A stretch of DNA of 64,000 nucleotides, taken from the NCBI GenBank assembly GCA_965223265.1, contig OZ244999.1:832001-896000 (forward strand), read 5' to 3'. The first letter of the stretch is position 1. Every line of letters starts with the position of its first letter. The notes below the pieces were generated by a model. That model was not told the origin of the DNA. It saw only the letters and a program-made list of their open reading frames with translations, and did no database searches. The position numbers and the translations under genes are program-made. This DNA is from Planctomycetota bacterium (GTDB lineage: Bacteria > Planctomycetota > UBA8108 > SXIK01). This document shows, one piece after another, positions 21,301 through 30,600 of the stretch.

Positions 21301-21490
21301 CGAGCGCAGCTTCCAAGCCAAATTCTTGATCCCCATGGCGATTTCGATCGTTTTCGGACTGGCGTTCGCCACGCTACTGACGCTTCTGTTGATTCCGACG
21401 CTCTATCTGGTCCATGAGGATTTTCGGGCGCTGTTCCGCGTCGAGCCGCGTCAGGAGGTCGGTGCTGCTTCTGATCAGAAGTCGGAGTGA
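18338..21490 (+). CDS. RND efflux permease (AcrB/AcrD/AcrF family)
   Basis: 1050 aa; GMIVDDAIVVGE, GIVVNDSLILVD, RLRAILLTTITT; 4-bp GTGA overlap with the adaptor gene. Confidence 0.95.
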   Translation: MNLPRFSVRNPVAVNLLMWSILLVGLYAWSEMPREFFPNIEPEKVYITVPYPGATPAEIEKSVTRRIEREIEDVDEIEKIESKVLEGATVIVVTLEDDANRDRVVNDLRTEIDKVERELPSEVDDVELVEVRPFIPVISVVAFGDVSEERLRETVRDVRDDLLEMDEISEVMLSGLREKEIWIEVEPALLEAYGVTFEEVGRAVARTNLDMPGGQVRTSRGNIRVRTMGESDRAAQLRGLILRSQPDGSTVALSDVATIRETFEDKIERGGFQGKLAASVAVFKSPEEDALKISERVKAYIASRPERLGGAIKLQTTTDLSRFISQRIDLMVRNARAGIILVVLALAFFLNVRVAFWVAMGLPVSFLGTFALMRWFDVSINLISLFSLIIVLGMIVDDAIVVGESIFTRLRRGEKADAAAELGACQVATPVVAAVATTIAAFVPLAFVSGQMGNFLVVIPKVVIVALFVSLIEVFLILPAHLAHRRSRPSKVWLPRLRAQLDRLAAQKHRLLESMLPNLLERLLRFVLHWRYVTCSFAVAVGLATVGIVAAGIVPFVLIQDGDAENISVNLEMVAGTPVERTQEVISQLERLALSIDEVASVFSVVGTSFSERGRETAADPATVAQLHVELLSAEERERRGMRSSEDVITSFRRRTGSIAGVRKIGLIAQSGGPQGPDIEIRLRGDDLDQLAAALAHVRSVVGGYSEIYEMEDDLNVGKQEVRLRLRQSAHALGLTTSDLALQVRHALFGFEAQKLQADDEEVKVRVLLPDADRRNLSDLGRLRVVSPSGHRVPLAEVAEVYATRGFASLARVDGKRAATVRAEVDEATGNVDRLTTEIERRLTDISQRFPGISMTFEGQRKETNESLGSLAIGFPAAVLMIYALIAVLFRSYLQPFIVMVAIPFSFIGAVAGHLLMGFEFTLLSLIGCVALAGIVVNDSLILVDYINQLRRQGSDTLQAVVQGARARLRAILLTTITTVLGLAPLMLERSFQAKFLIPMAISIVFGLAFATLLTLLLIPTLYLVHEDFRALFRVEPRQEVGAASDQKSE

Positions 21491-21687
21491 AAGGGTGGCG
21501 GAAGTGTGGCGCGGGTTTCATAATGTGCCTGCCGCGCGGAAGAATCGTGAAGCCTGACGCAGTCCACGACGCGACTTACGGTGCCGCAGTACGAATCTTG
21601 TGAGAAATGCGGGCTGACGAAGAGAGGGGACTCGTGGGCCCCAGCTCGCGCCTGCAAGTCGGCTAGTATGTTGAGCAGCGAAGAATT

Positions 21688-23685
21688 ATGATGAGCGTCA
21701 CGCGGTTGTGTCGTCTGCCGCTGGGGAACGCGGCCGGCTTGAGGCGACTCCGAGAGCATGGCCGGCTGAGCTGCTGCGTTGCTGCGCTTTTTGTCGGCGT
21801 CTGCGACCTGACTGCGCCTCCGACGCTGCGAGCTGATCCTTCGTATCAAGTCGAGTTTGGTTACCGCCGCGTTGTGGCGCCGGAGCGGATGGCGCCGGTC
21901 GCTGTGTCGCTGCAGGGCGACAATGTCGACCGAACGATCGACCTCCGCATCCGTGGTGAACCGGCGGTGAGTCAGAGGATCGAGCTGCCGCAACGAACGA
22001 ACAAGCGGATCTTTGTGAGCGTCCTACCAGAGACGACGCGTACGAAGGGCGGCGTACCAATCCTCGAGCTGTTCGAGGGCATGCGGCAGCTACACGAGGA
22101 GCAGCTCATTCCGGTCCGATCCGTCGACGGACGTCTCATGCCAGTGATCGGTGGCCCCGCGCTCCGGTTTTCCGGGGCGACGACCGTGCCAATCGATGGT
22201 GGGTTTGTCCCGACTCGCATTTCTGCCTTTGAGGGCGTCTCGGCCTTCGTGATCTACCCCAGCGGCTGGAGTGAGCTTTCCGGCGACGCGGTGGCAGCGC
22301 TGAAACTCTGGGTTGGTGACGGCGGTGTGCTTGTTTTACCCACGATCTCTGGTTCACAGCGACTTCTTCTGCCTGCGACGCATCCGTTCGGCCCTCTGAG
22401 CGCCGCGCAGGCGCAGGTTTTTCGGGGCCTGTGCCGCGATCTTCAGGAACATATCAACGTCCCCAGCCGCAAGCGATTGAGACGCCAGTCGAAGGTTCAG
22501 CCGTGGGACATCATGACGATCGCGGCTGCCCCGAGCGTCTCCACCGCGGTCTATCCCAAACACGCCGACTTGCCGGTGCTGCTCGCGAAGGCATCGTATG
22601 GGTATGGAAGCATCTACTTTCTGACGTTCGATCCGCAAACGCTACCACGCAGCAAGTGGCCCGACGCTGACGCTGCCCTGGCGACGATCATGAGGCGGGT
22701 CGATCCGCCGTCGGCACCTGCATCGACTTCGCGTGCCGATTCCAGCGTCGATACGGCACTTCTGGCGACTCGATCGTCGCGCGTTTGGTTCGTACTTTTT
22801 CTTGTTGTCTATCTGGCACTCATTACGGTGGGGGACTACGTTCTCGTCAGGCATTTTGGCAAACCTAGGCTCACATGGTTGTCGTTTCCGCTCTCCGTGC
22901 TGCTCTTCACGTTTCTCGCCGTCGGGATGGGTCAAGGCCGCGTCGGGGACGCGAAGTACCACGAGTTGACTTGGGTCGACACGCTCGGAGGCGAATGGCC
23001 CGGGGCTCCAACGGCTATCGCCGAAAGTGTTGTCGGTCTATATGCCGATTCGAACCAACAATTCACCTTCCGGCCCACGAGCGAGGGAGCCGTCGTCCGA
23101 CCGTGGCGTCGCGGCGAACAGGGCGCAACGTATCTGTACTCACAATCCGAGGTCGTCCTGAACGACAAGATGAGCATCTTCAGCGATCACTTCTATCGTG
23201 TTCTCTGGCGCGCGGACTCATGGTTGACGCGAGCGACGTGGAGCCGTGAGGGACGCCTTGGCGCAGTGACCATCGAGGGATCGCTGCCGAGTGCACCGCT
23301 TTATTGGGTCGTCGGCATCAACGATCGCCTTTGGTGGTTCGCCGCAGATGGCGTTGAGCGGACCAGCGAGGGTTCCTGGAAATGTTTCCTCGACTCCGGT
23401 GCAACGTCGGCACCGAGCACGTCGCTGTGGGAGGGGTTTCCACCGACGCAAGTCGGTGAGATGGTGACGCGCAACACGAGTCTCCTCTATACGAAGGGCG
23501 CTGACGACGACTCCGCGTGGGTGGGTGTGGTCATGGCGGAGCCTTTTCCCGTCTTGTCTGTCGACGAACGTTCGCCTGAGCCGCAAGGTGCCGCCATCAT
23601 CCGCTGCGCGGTCCGAGGGGCACCGGGCAAGCGTGACACGGAAACCGAGCTACCGGTGGAGGATCCAGTCCTGGATGAACGATGA
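21688..23685 (+). CDS. Hypothetical membrane protein associated with ABC transporter
   Basis: Signal-like N-terminus, ALKLWVGDGGVLV, YGYGSIYFL, and a TM hairpin (FLVVYLALITVGDY...LTWLSFP); overlaps the ABC ATPase start. Confidence 0.7.
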   Translation: MMSVTRLCRLPLGNAAGLRRLREHGRLSCCVAALFVGVCDLTAPPTLRADPSYQVEFGYRRVVAPERMAPVAVSLQGDNVDRTIDLRIRGEPAVSQRIELPQRTNKRIFVSVLPETTRTKGGVPILELFEGMRQLHEEQLIPVRSVDGRLMPVIGGPALRFSGATTVPIDGGFVPTRISAFEGVSAFVIYPSGWSELSGDAVAALKLWVGDGGVLVLPTISGSQRLLLPATHPFGPLSAAQAQVFRGLCRDLQEHINVPSRKRLRRQSKVQPWDIMTIAAAPSVSTAVYPKHADLPVLLAKASYGYGSIYFLTFDPQTLPRSKWPDADAALATIMRRVDPPSAPASTSRADSSVDTALLATRSSRVWFVLFLVVYLALITVGDYVLVRHFGKPRLTWLSFPLSVLLFTFLAVGMGQGRVGDAKYHELTWVDTLGGEWPGAPTAIAESVVGLYADSNQQFTFRPTSEGAVVRPWRRGEQGATYLYSQSEVVLNDKMSIFSDHFYRVLWRADSWLTRATWSREGRLGAVTIEGSLPSAPLYWVVGINDRLWWFAADGVERTSEGSWKCFLDSGATSAPSTSLWEGFPPTQVGEMVTRNTSLLYTKGADDDSAWVGVVMAEPFPVLSVDERSPEPQGAAIIRCAVRGAPGKRDTETELPVEDPVLDER

Positions 23686-24640
23686 CACGAAGTCCCAGGT
23701 CGACGCGCCGCGGCCGATCGTGCGGCTGCGAGATCTGACCAAAAAGTTCGGCGACCTGGTTGCGGTCGACAACGTGAGTTTCGAGCTCTATCAGGGCAGC
23801 ATTTTCGGATTCATCGGCCCGAACGGAGCTGGCAAAACGACGACGCTAAAGCTCATCGCCACTCTCATCGAACCGGACCGCGGTCAGATCGAAGTTTGCG
23901 GTTATACGACGAAGAGACAAGCCAGGGCTGTACGCCGCACGATCGGCTACATGCCAGATTTCCTCGGTGTCTACCATGGCTTGACCACTGAGGAGTATCT
24001 CGATTTCTTTGGCGCGACGTATCGAGTCCCGCCGGCGAAACGAACGAAGATCATTGACGATTTGTTGGCATTGACGGATTTGACTGAGAAGCGAAAAACT
24101 TTGGTGACGTCGCTGTCACGCGGCATGCAGCAGCGTCTGGGATTAGCCCGGTCGCTCATCCATGACCCGAAGCTTCTACTTCTCGATGAGCCTGCATCAG
24201 GGCTCGATCCACGCGCTCGCGTGGAGATCCGTGAACTGTTGAGGGAGTTGGCGCGGATGGGAAAGACGATCATCCTATCGTCGCACATCTTGGCCGACCT
24301 CGAGGAGCTCAGCGACCAGATCGGCATCATCGAGCAGGGAAAACTGTTGTATACCGGAGATACGCGTGATGCGATTCGCCATCTGCAGCAGGTCACGCCG
24401 ATTCACCTCCGTGTCGTCGGCAGTCCGGAGACAGCTGCCCGTATCCTTGAGCGTCTCGAGGAAGTGGAGCGAGTCGAGGTCGAACGGGAATTCCTGTCGG
24501 TGACGATGAATGACGGCGCTGGAGAAGAGGTGATCGCGAAGTCGCTCGTCGACGCCGGAGTCGGCGTCAGGTATCTGGCGCGGCAAACCGTTCGCCTTGA
24601 GGATGCGTTTTTGTCGATCACGGAGGGGCGCGTGCAGTAG
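23675..24640 (+). CDS. ABC transporter ATP-binding protein (DrrA/ABC-2 type)
   Basis: GPNGAGKTT, LSRGMQQR, LLLDEP, SSHIL. Confidence 0.95.
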   Translation: MNDDTKSQVDAPRPIVRLRDLTKKFGDLVAVDNVSFELYQGSIFGFIGPNGAGKTTTLKLIATLIEPDRGQIEVCGYTTKRQARAVRRTIGYMPDFLGVYHGLTTEEYLDFFGATYRVPPAKRTKIIDDLLALTDLTEKRKTLVTSLSRGMQQRLGLARSLIHDPKLLLLDEPASGLDPRARVEIRELLRELARMGKTIILSSHILADLEELSDQIGIIEQGKLLYTGDTRDAIRHLQQVTPIHLRVVGSPETAARILERLEEVERVEVEREFLSVTMNDGAGEEVIAKSLVDAGVGVRYLARQTVRLEDAFLSITEGRVQ

Positions 24641-26297
24641 CTGTGGAGTGGTCGTCCGGGGTCTTGGCGTGGTTTCGCCGCCTGAACCAGGCGAGGACGA
24701 GAACGGCGGCACTGAACGCGACGCTCAGAGGCTCGAGCGTCCAACCGATTGTCGTATAGAGACTCTGCGCGCTCTCGAACGCGACGGGCACCGTCGTCGC
24801 ACCGTCGATTCCAGCACCAATGCAAAGCGCGTCGATGCCGTCGGGGCTCGTCAAGTAGGCGCCGCTCCAGCTGCTGAGGGCGATCCAGCGCCGCGTCTCG
24901 ACCGCACGCATCGACTGCATGCGCAGGAGGCTCTGAAGCGCTTGCTCGCTCCAGGGGCGCGAATCCGTCAGCGAAGCTACGAACATCTCGGCGCCGGCGA
25001 GGCTCTTTGTTCGTGTTTGCGCCGGATCAAGCGTCGAGAAGCCGACAAGCAGCGCGAAGTCTCCGTCGCGGCAGGAGTAGACGTTCGGCGTGTCACTCTC
25101 TTCGAGGCGCGAGGCTGCAGGATCATCGGGTGACGTGTTCGCGTCAGCATCCACCGTGGTTTCGAGGTAGGTGGCCGCGAGTTTCGAAGACGCGGTCAGG
25201 AGAGCGCGTGCGTTGAGCGTCGGCTCGGCCGCCTGCCGTGGCTGCGCGTCGACTTGAGGCGCCGGGTTCACCGCGAGTGTGTCGCTGATTCTGCTCAGAA
25301 GGTCGTCGAGATTGCCGCCGTCGCTGAGATCGGTGACCTCAGCGCCCGGCCAGACAGTGATCACAGGTCGAATCTCGTGAACCGCACGAACCATCTCGAG
25401 TGTGTGCGCACCTGGGCGATCGCTGAAAGAGACAAGAGCGATCGTCGACCCATCGCTGTTGACCCCTGGGGGAAGCTCCTCCCCGACGTGCCGCGCAGCC
25501 ACCGGGATCACGAGTGCGCACGCCGCCGTCGCGATTTGTAGCCGCTTTCGCGTCGTCGTTAAGCAGCAGGTCAGGAGCACGTTGGCGAGGAGGATCGCAG
25601 CGCCGAGACCGTGGACGCCGACGGCGCAGGCCCATTGGGCGGCCGGGTCCGTGCCGGGATCCAGGGCGTATCCAAGCATCAGCCAACCGCGCACCCAAGG
25701 GGCGTGAAAGACGCTCAACGGGCCGCGGAGCACTTCGCTCGCGACCCAGAGTGCCGGCAGGCCGATCAGCCAGATGACACGGGGAGCCCGCAGCACCGGC
25801 CCGGCCGCGAGTGCGAAGGCAGCGGGAAAAAGAGCCATCGTGATCCACGCTGCCGCGCAGCTGCCAAGGGTCAAGATGCTGGCCACACCTGCCGCGTGGG
25901 TGGAATGCTGCGGCAAGATGAGGTGGTAGAACCACGGCAGTGAAGTGGTCGCCAGAACGAAGCCGAAAACGATACCGTGGACGAAACGCAAATGCGCGGC
26001 TGCTTGGTGTCTGTGCCGGTAGAGGCTGAGGAGAAGCGGCACGAGAGCGAACCAGCTGAGACCGCTGTAGTGAAAAGGTTCGTGGCAGAGTCGCAACAGG
26101 AGCGCGCTGACGAGGCCGCCGAAAAAGAGTGGCACCGGGGCTGAAGCCGGTCCTCGGCAACATTTCACACGCCGCGGAGGTGAATCGTCTGCACGGCACG
26201 TGTCATCGCTGACGGGAGCGGACGGTCGATCGAAAAAACTCGTCACAGGACCGCCAAAGGCTAAGGGGTCGATGCGTTGGCCGAAATCGAACCGCAC
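24618..26297 (-). CDS. Apolipoprotein N-acyltransferase (Lnt)-like membrane protein with degenerate nitrilase domain
   Basis: LSWFALVPLL, LPALWVASEVLRG, LGYA, GVHGLG and MRAVETRRW are Lnt-like; catalytic motifs are altered. Start uncertain. Confidence 0.72.
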   Translation of the reverse strand: MRFDFGQRIDPLAFGGPVTSFFDRPSAPVSDDTCRADDSPPRRVKCCRGPASAPVPLFFGGLVSALLLRLCHEPFHYSGLSWFALVPLLLSLYRHRHQAAAHLRFVHGIVFGFVLATTSLPWFYHLILPQHSTHAAGVASILTLGSCAAAWITMALFPAAFALAAGPVLRAPRVIWLIGLPALWVASEVLRGPLSVFHAPWVRGWLMLGYALDPGTDPAAQWACAVGVHGLGAAILLANVLLTCCLTTTRKRLQIATAACALVIPVAARHVGEELPPGVNSDGSTIALVSFSDRPGAHTLEMVRAVHEIRPVITVWPGAEVTDLSDGGNLDDLLSRISDTLAVNPAPQVDAQPRQAAEPTLNARALLTASSKLAATYLETTVDADANTSPDDPAASRLEESDTPNVYSCRDGDFALLVGFSTLDPAQTRTKSLAGAEMFVASLTDSRPWSEQALQSLLRMQSMRAVETRRWIALSSWSGAYLTSPDGIDALCIGAGIDGATTVPVAFESAQSLYTTIGWTLEPLSVAFSAAVLVLAWFRRRNHAKTPDDHSTATARAPP

Positions 26298-26654
26298 GCA
26301 AGAGACAGGATTCGACTCGCGTTCCTCTCACGTTGGCCCTTTCAACACACAATAGTGCAACCACGCGCCGACGTTTTAGGCAAAAGATTGGCGACACTGC
26401 AACAGGAATCTCGACGTCCCAAGTCTTCGCTGTCGAAGAAGTTCGGCAGAGATCGATGTCGCACGCTCGGTTTTTCGTTGCCGCTCGTCGTTCGACGGGC
26501 AAAATAATGAAGCAGTTCATCGAGAGCTCTTTGTTGCCGGAGCGACGGTCGCTCGAAGCACCTGTTCAACCGGCCGAGTGATTCGTGAACGGCTGGATCA
26601 ACCTGGATTCGTAAGAGTTTTGCTTGCCGCTTGGGCGACAGAAACGCTTCGCGA

Positions 26655-26737
26655 CTCGATCCTTTAGCGTAGCCAAGGACAGAAGAGGGCGAAGCAGTTG
26701 TGCTACCGATCGACTCCTGAAGATCGAAGGATCCGAG
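26655..26737 (+). ncRNA. Candidate tRNA-like structured RNA upstream of the HNH gene
   Basis: Stems GATCCTT/AAGGATC, GTAGC/GCTAC and CGATC/GATCG. TAGCGTAGCC and GATCGACTCCT resemble tRNA D-arm and T-loop motifs. Confidence 0.3.
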
Positions 26738-26779
26738 CGCGCGGAAAGATGACGTCGTGCAGCGAGTCAGATCGGTCGT

Positions 26780-27397
26780 ATGAACGCGGGGTTACTCTCA
26801 GAACCAACTCTGGTATTGAATCGAAGCTGGTTCCCCGTAAGGGTGTGCTCCGTTCGCCGCGCTTTGACTCTCTCTTTCAAAGGGCTTGCGAGCATCATTT
26901 CGACGGAAGACTTCGTCGTCCATGATTTCGACTCGTGGCTTGAGCGTGGGACCCAAAACGGCGAACGCTACCTTCAGAGTGTGCGTTGTCGCATTTCGGT
27001 ACCCGAAGTGATCACGCTGCGGACGTACGATCGGTTTGTGCAGCCACGGGTGGTGTTTTCGCGCCGGAATCTGATGCGGCGCGATCACTATACGTGTCAG
27101 TACTGCGCCAAACGTTTTCCCGTCGACCGACTGTCGATTGACCACGTTGTGCCGCGGTCTCTGGGCGGTTCCTCGTCCTGGACCAACTGTGTCGTGGCTT
27201 GCACGACCTGCAACGCGCGCAAGGGGAATCGCCGTCCGGATCAGATCGGCATGCGAACGCTGCGTCCGCCGCGTGAGCCATCCCCTCAGATGGCTCTGAA
27301 CCTGCAGTTGGGCGCTCGCAAACCGAGCTGGGAGCGCTTTGTCAGTCGAGGGTTTTGGGCCGCCGACGGTGGCGAGGGAACAGCTGTCGACGGTTGA
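26780..27397 (+). CDS. HNH endonuclease (McrA-like, HNH_5 type)
   Basis: TLVLNRSW, PEVITL, FSRRNLMRRDHYTCQYC, SIDHVVPRSLGG, WTNCVVACTTCNARKGN. Confidence 0.95.
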   Translation: MNAGLLSEPTLVLNRSWFPVRVCSVRRALTLSFKGLASIISTEDFVVHDFDSWLERGTQNGERYLQSVRCRISVPEVITLRTYDRFVQPRVVFSRRNLMRRDHYTCQYCAKRFPVDRLSIDHVVPRSLGGSSSWTNCVVACTTCNARKGNRRPDQIGMRTLRPPREPSPQMALNLQLGARKPSWERFVSRGFWAADGGEGTAVDG

Positions 27398-27599
27398 CCT
27401 CGAGTGTGGTTGTTCGCCTCAGGATGCTCTTGCCGTCTGGCCACTGCGGACGCAGGATGGTGTGTGGTGGAACTTGACCGAATGTCACCGGGCCGGCTCA
27501 AAGCGAGACGGTCCCCGGACTGTGACGGGCCGTCCATTCGGCTCCTACGATTTTGACACGGCGAATCGATCGCGACATTGTGACTGCTAGCGATAGCTC

Positions 27600-27635
27600 G
27601 ACCTTTCACGAACCGCGAAGGTCTCTTGTTTTTTT
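27600..27635 (+). terminator. Possible intrinsic terminator downstream of the HNH gene
   Basis: GACCTT...AAGGTC stem followed by TCTTGTTTTTTT. Confidence 0.4.
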
Positions 27636-27690
27636 CGGGTTCGTACGCAGCCAGTGGTGGGTGTCGTCGTGGCGCGCTTGTTGCCCGGTG

Positions 27691-30600
27691 ATGGGGATTA
27701 GCGCGTTTGCCGTCGCCTCGATCTTGGCCGCGGCGGTCGTCGCCGTCACGATTCTGTCGCCGTCGCGGGCTGATGCGGACGCGACGGCGATCGCGACTGC
27801 CCCCACGACTGAGCCCAAGCCGCGGCTCATCGTCAGCGGCGATTCCGGTTCGATGGCGTCGCCAGACGCAGCGACGCTACATCTCCCCGACGTCGCCTTC
27901 GATCTTCAGGTTGGGTATGGGTACGTCGGTGGCACCCTCCACGAGCTTCCCGGCGCGCATGTCGTGGGCGGCGCCTTGGAGTGGCCGGTGCGTTGGCGCA
28001 GCGGCGTCGAGCGGTATGTAATTCGGCTGCCGCGCGGCCGATATGTCGTCGAGCTGACAACGATCGAGGTGGAGCTCGCCGGCCGAGGCCTTCGGGTTTT
28101 CGACGTTATTGCAGAAGGCAAAACTCTGTTCGGCAGTGTTGATCCGTTCGAGCTGGTCGGTGACTTTCACTGGTTGACGCTGAGCGGCGAGGTGTCGGTT
28201 CATGACGGTTGGCTCGACCTTGAGTTGAAGCCGAAGCCCGAGTCCCAGCCGCCGTGCCTTGCACGGCTAAGGATTTCCCCTCGTCGCGAGGCGGAGAGTG
28301 ACCGTGAACCCGCACCGGGCGCGCCGCGGCTGGAAGCGACGGGTGCCGTGGACTCAGTTGTCTTGCGCTGGTCGCCACACCCCGAGCACGGAACGAGCCG
28401 TGAATTCTGGATCTTGCGATCGACGTCGCCTGAGGGGCCGTTCCGCAGTCTCTCAAACAAGCCGATTCATGGCAGCCACTACGTTGACGGCGAGGTAGAA
28501 GCCGGTACGACCTACTACTACCAGCTGCAGTACCAGACAGCGTTCGGACGCCAGAGCGAGTTCTCCGCGCCGCACCCAGCGACACCGATCGCCGCTGATG
28601 ATGCTCCGTGGCCGATCTACCGCTTCTATGTTGACGAATCTGACTTGAGTCGGATCGGCTTGCGGCACCGAAAACAGCTGGTGCCGGCGAGGCTTTTCGT
28701 CGACGGAGAGCTCTATCACACCCTGATGCGCTACGACCACTCGCCTTCGAAGTGGCAGCGGAAGAAAAGCTACGTCGTGCGCCTCGATGCGACGAAGACG
28801 CGTTCTTTTCAGCGCCGCCGTCGTTTCTATCTCAGCGCCGAGGCTGGTGACGCAAGTTTTTCTCGGCAGCTCTTATCGACCCGCGTCGCGGGCGAGCTGG
28901 GGCTGAAGACACCGGGATTCAAACCGGTGCTAGTCTTCGTGAACGACCGCCTCCAAGGAGTCTATCTCGACCGTGAGAAACTCGGGACACGGTTTCGACG
29001 CCGCGTGCGCCTTGAATCACGAAACGGTCTCCTCATTCGCCCTGGGCGACTGGACCATCTGGCTTTGGACTGGGAGCCGTACGGCAACAAGGTCGGCCAA
29101 CCTGGTCGTCTAGACGACTGGACGTATTTCGTTCATGCACTGCACCGCATCGGTAGCGGCGAGATTGGCGATTTTTTGTCACAACATCTCTACTGGGATC
29201 GGTGGGTCGACCGTTCGGTGCTTTGGACCGTCGGTGGCGAGTCGAAGTTGAAGCTCCGGGATGTCTACTTCCTGGAGGACGCGAGAAATCGACGCTGGGA
29301 GCGTTTTCGGCAGGAATTCGACAGCGATCAATGGGGACTCAGGGACTTCGCGTCGCAGCCGCAGTTCGTTGATGACGCTGCGGCTGCGATCCGTCGCAGT
29401 TGTTTTCGGCCGGGAGTCGGCGGGACGTGGACTGTGCTGGAGACACGGCTTTGGAATCACGATGGGCTGCGTCGTCGCTACCTGCGGCGACTTCTCGAAC
29501 TCCTCGACACGAAGCTTGCTGTGGATAGGGTGGCGAGTCTTGCCGATGAATTGTTCCGAAGTTCCCACGATTTGGTCGCGATGGACCCGCTCCACTTTCG
29601 TCGCCGCGACGCGGATGTCGCGGACGCCGCTGTGCTCGCAGAACGCTTCCGTGCTGCCTATGAGGAGCGAGTCGATCGACTTCGTGCTGCGTCGAGCGCT
29701 GAGCTGGCAAGCGAACCAAGCGGCCTGCGTCTGAGCGAGATTCTGCTGCGGCCGACCGAGGGACCGGCGTGGATTGAGCTCGAGAATCGCAGCCCTCACC
29801 CGATTGATCTCGGTGAATTCGCTCTGGGAACTCTAGGCGGCACCGACTCGTATCTGCAGCTGCCGCGACGCTTGCTGGCGCCGGGCGAATTCCTCCGTCA
29901 AGCGCTTACCTCGCCGGCGACGTATTCACCGTCGGGCGGCACCGTCGCTCTGCATCACGTCGGGTCGCAGGTCTCCAGCCCGGGTGCGGCGACGCTTGTG
30001 GACCTGCTATTCTACGGTCACCAGAGCTCGGATCTCTCCTATGGCCGCCTAGCGGCTGGGGGGGCGTGGGGCTATCTGGCACGTGCGACGCCGGCTGCGA
30101 CCAATGACGACCGTCGCCTCAGAGCGCCTCATTACACCTTTCGCGCCGCAGTCGAAGAGCAGAGCGCCGAGAGACTTGAACTGTCGATTTCGCTTCACGG
30201 GCCGGACAACACCGTCTACGCTGCGGCCGAAGCGGTCGAGGTCCAGCTGCGCGCGAGCGGGGCGAAGTCGTTCACCGCGTTCGAAATGGTTTGGCAGCCG
30301 CGGCGCTTTCGATTCGTGGCGTCCATCGATCGAGGCTCGGTGGAGCTTCCCGCGGACTACTACTTCTTGGCTCGGACGAAGGATGGCGTTGAGCAGGTCT
30401 ACCCTCTCGTGGCTCCCGATTTGACGTACCGACTTGTGGAACCCCCGGGCGTGTGGATCAACGAGGTGCTGCCGCGCCCCGATCGCGCCTCTGGACAGCG
30501 CGAGTTCATCGAGATTTTCAACGCTACGGATCAGACCGTTGACCTGGGAGGGTACTTTCTCTCGGATGATCGCGATCTGCCGCGAAAGTGGCGGATTCCC

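Noticed and set aside
26655-26737. Canonical tRNA gene
   Set aside because: No proper anticodon arm, no GTTC, no CCA; kept only as a tRNA-like candidate.
26780-27397. HNH as IscB/Cas9-like or as cognate restriction enzyme of the methyltransferase
   Set aside because: Only 205 aa with no RuvC or PLMP motifs, and about 31 kb away from the MTase.
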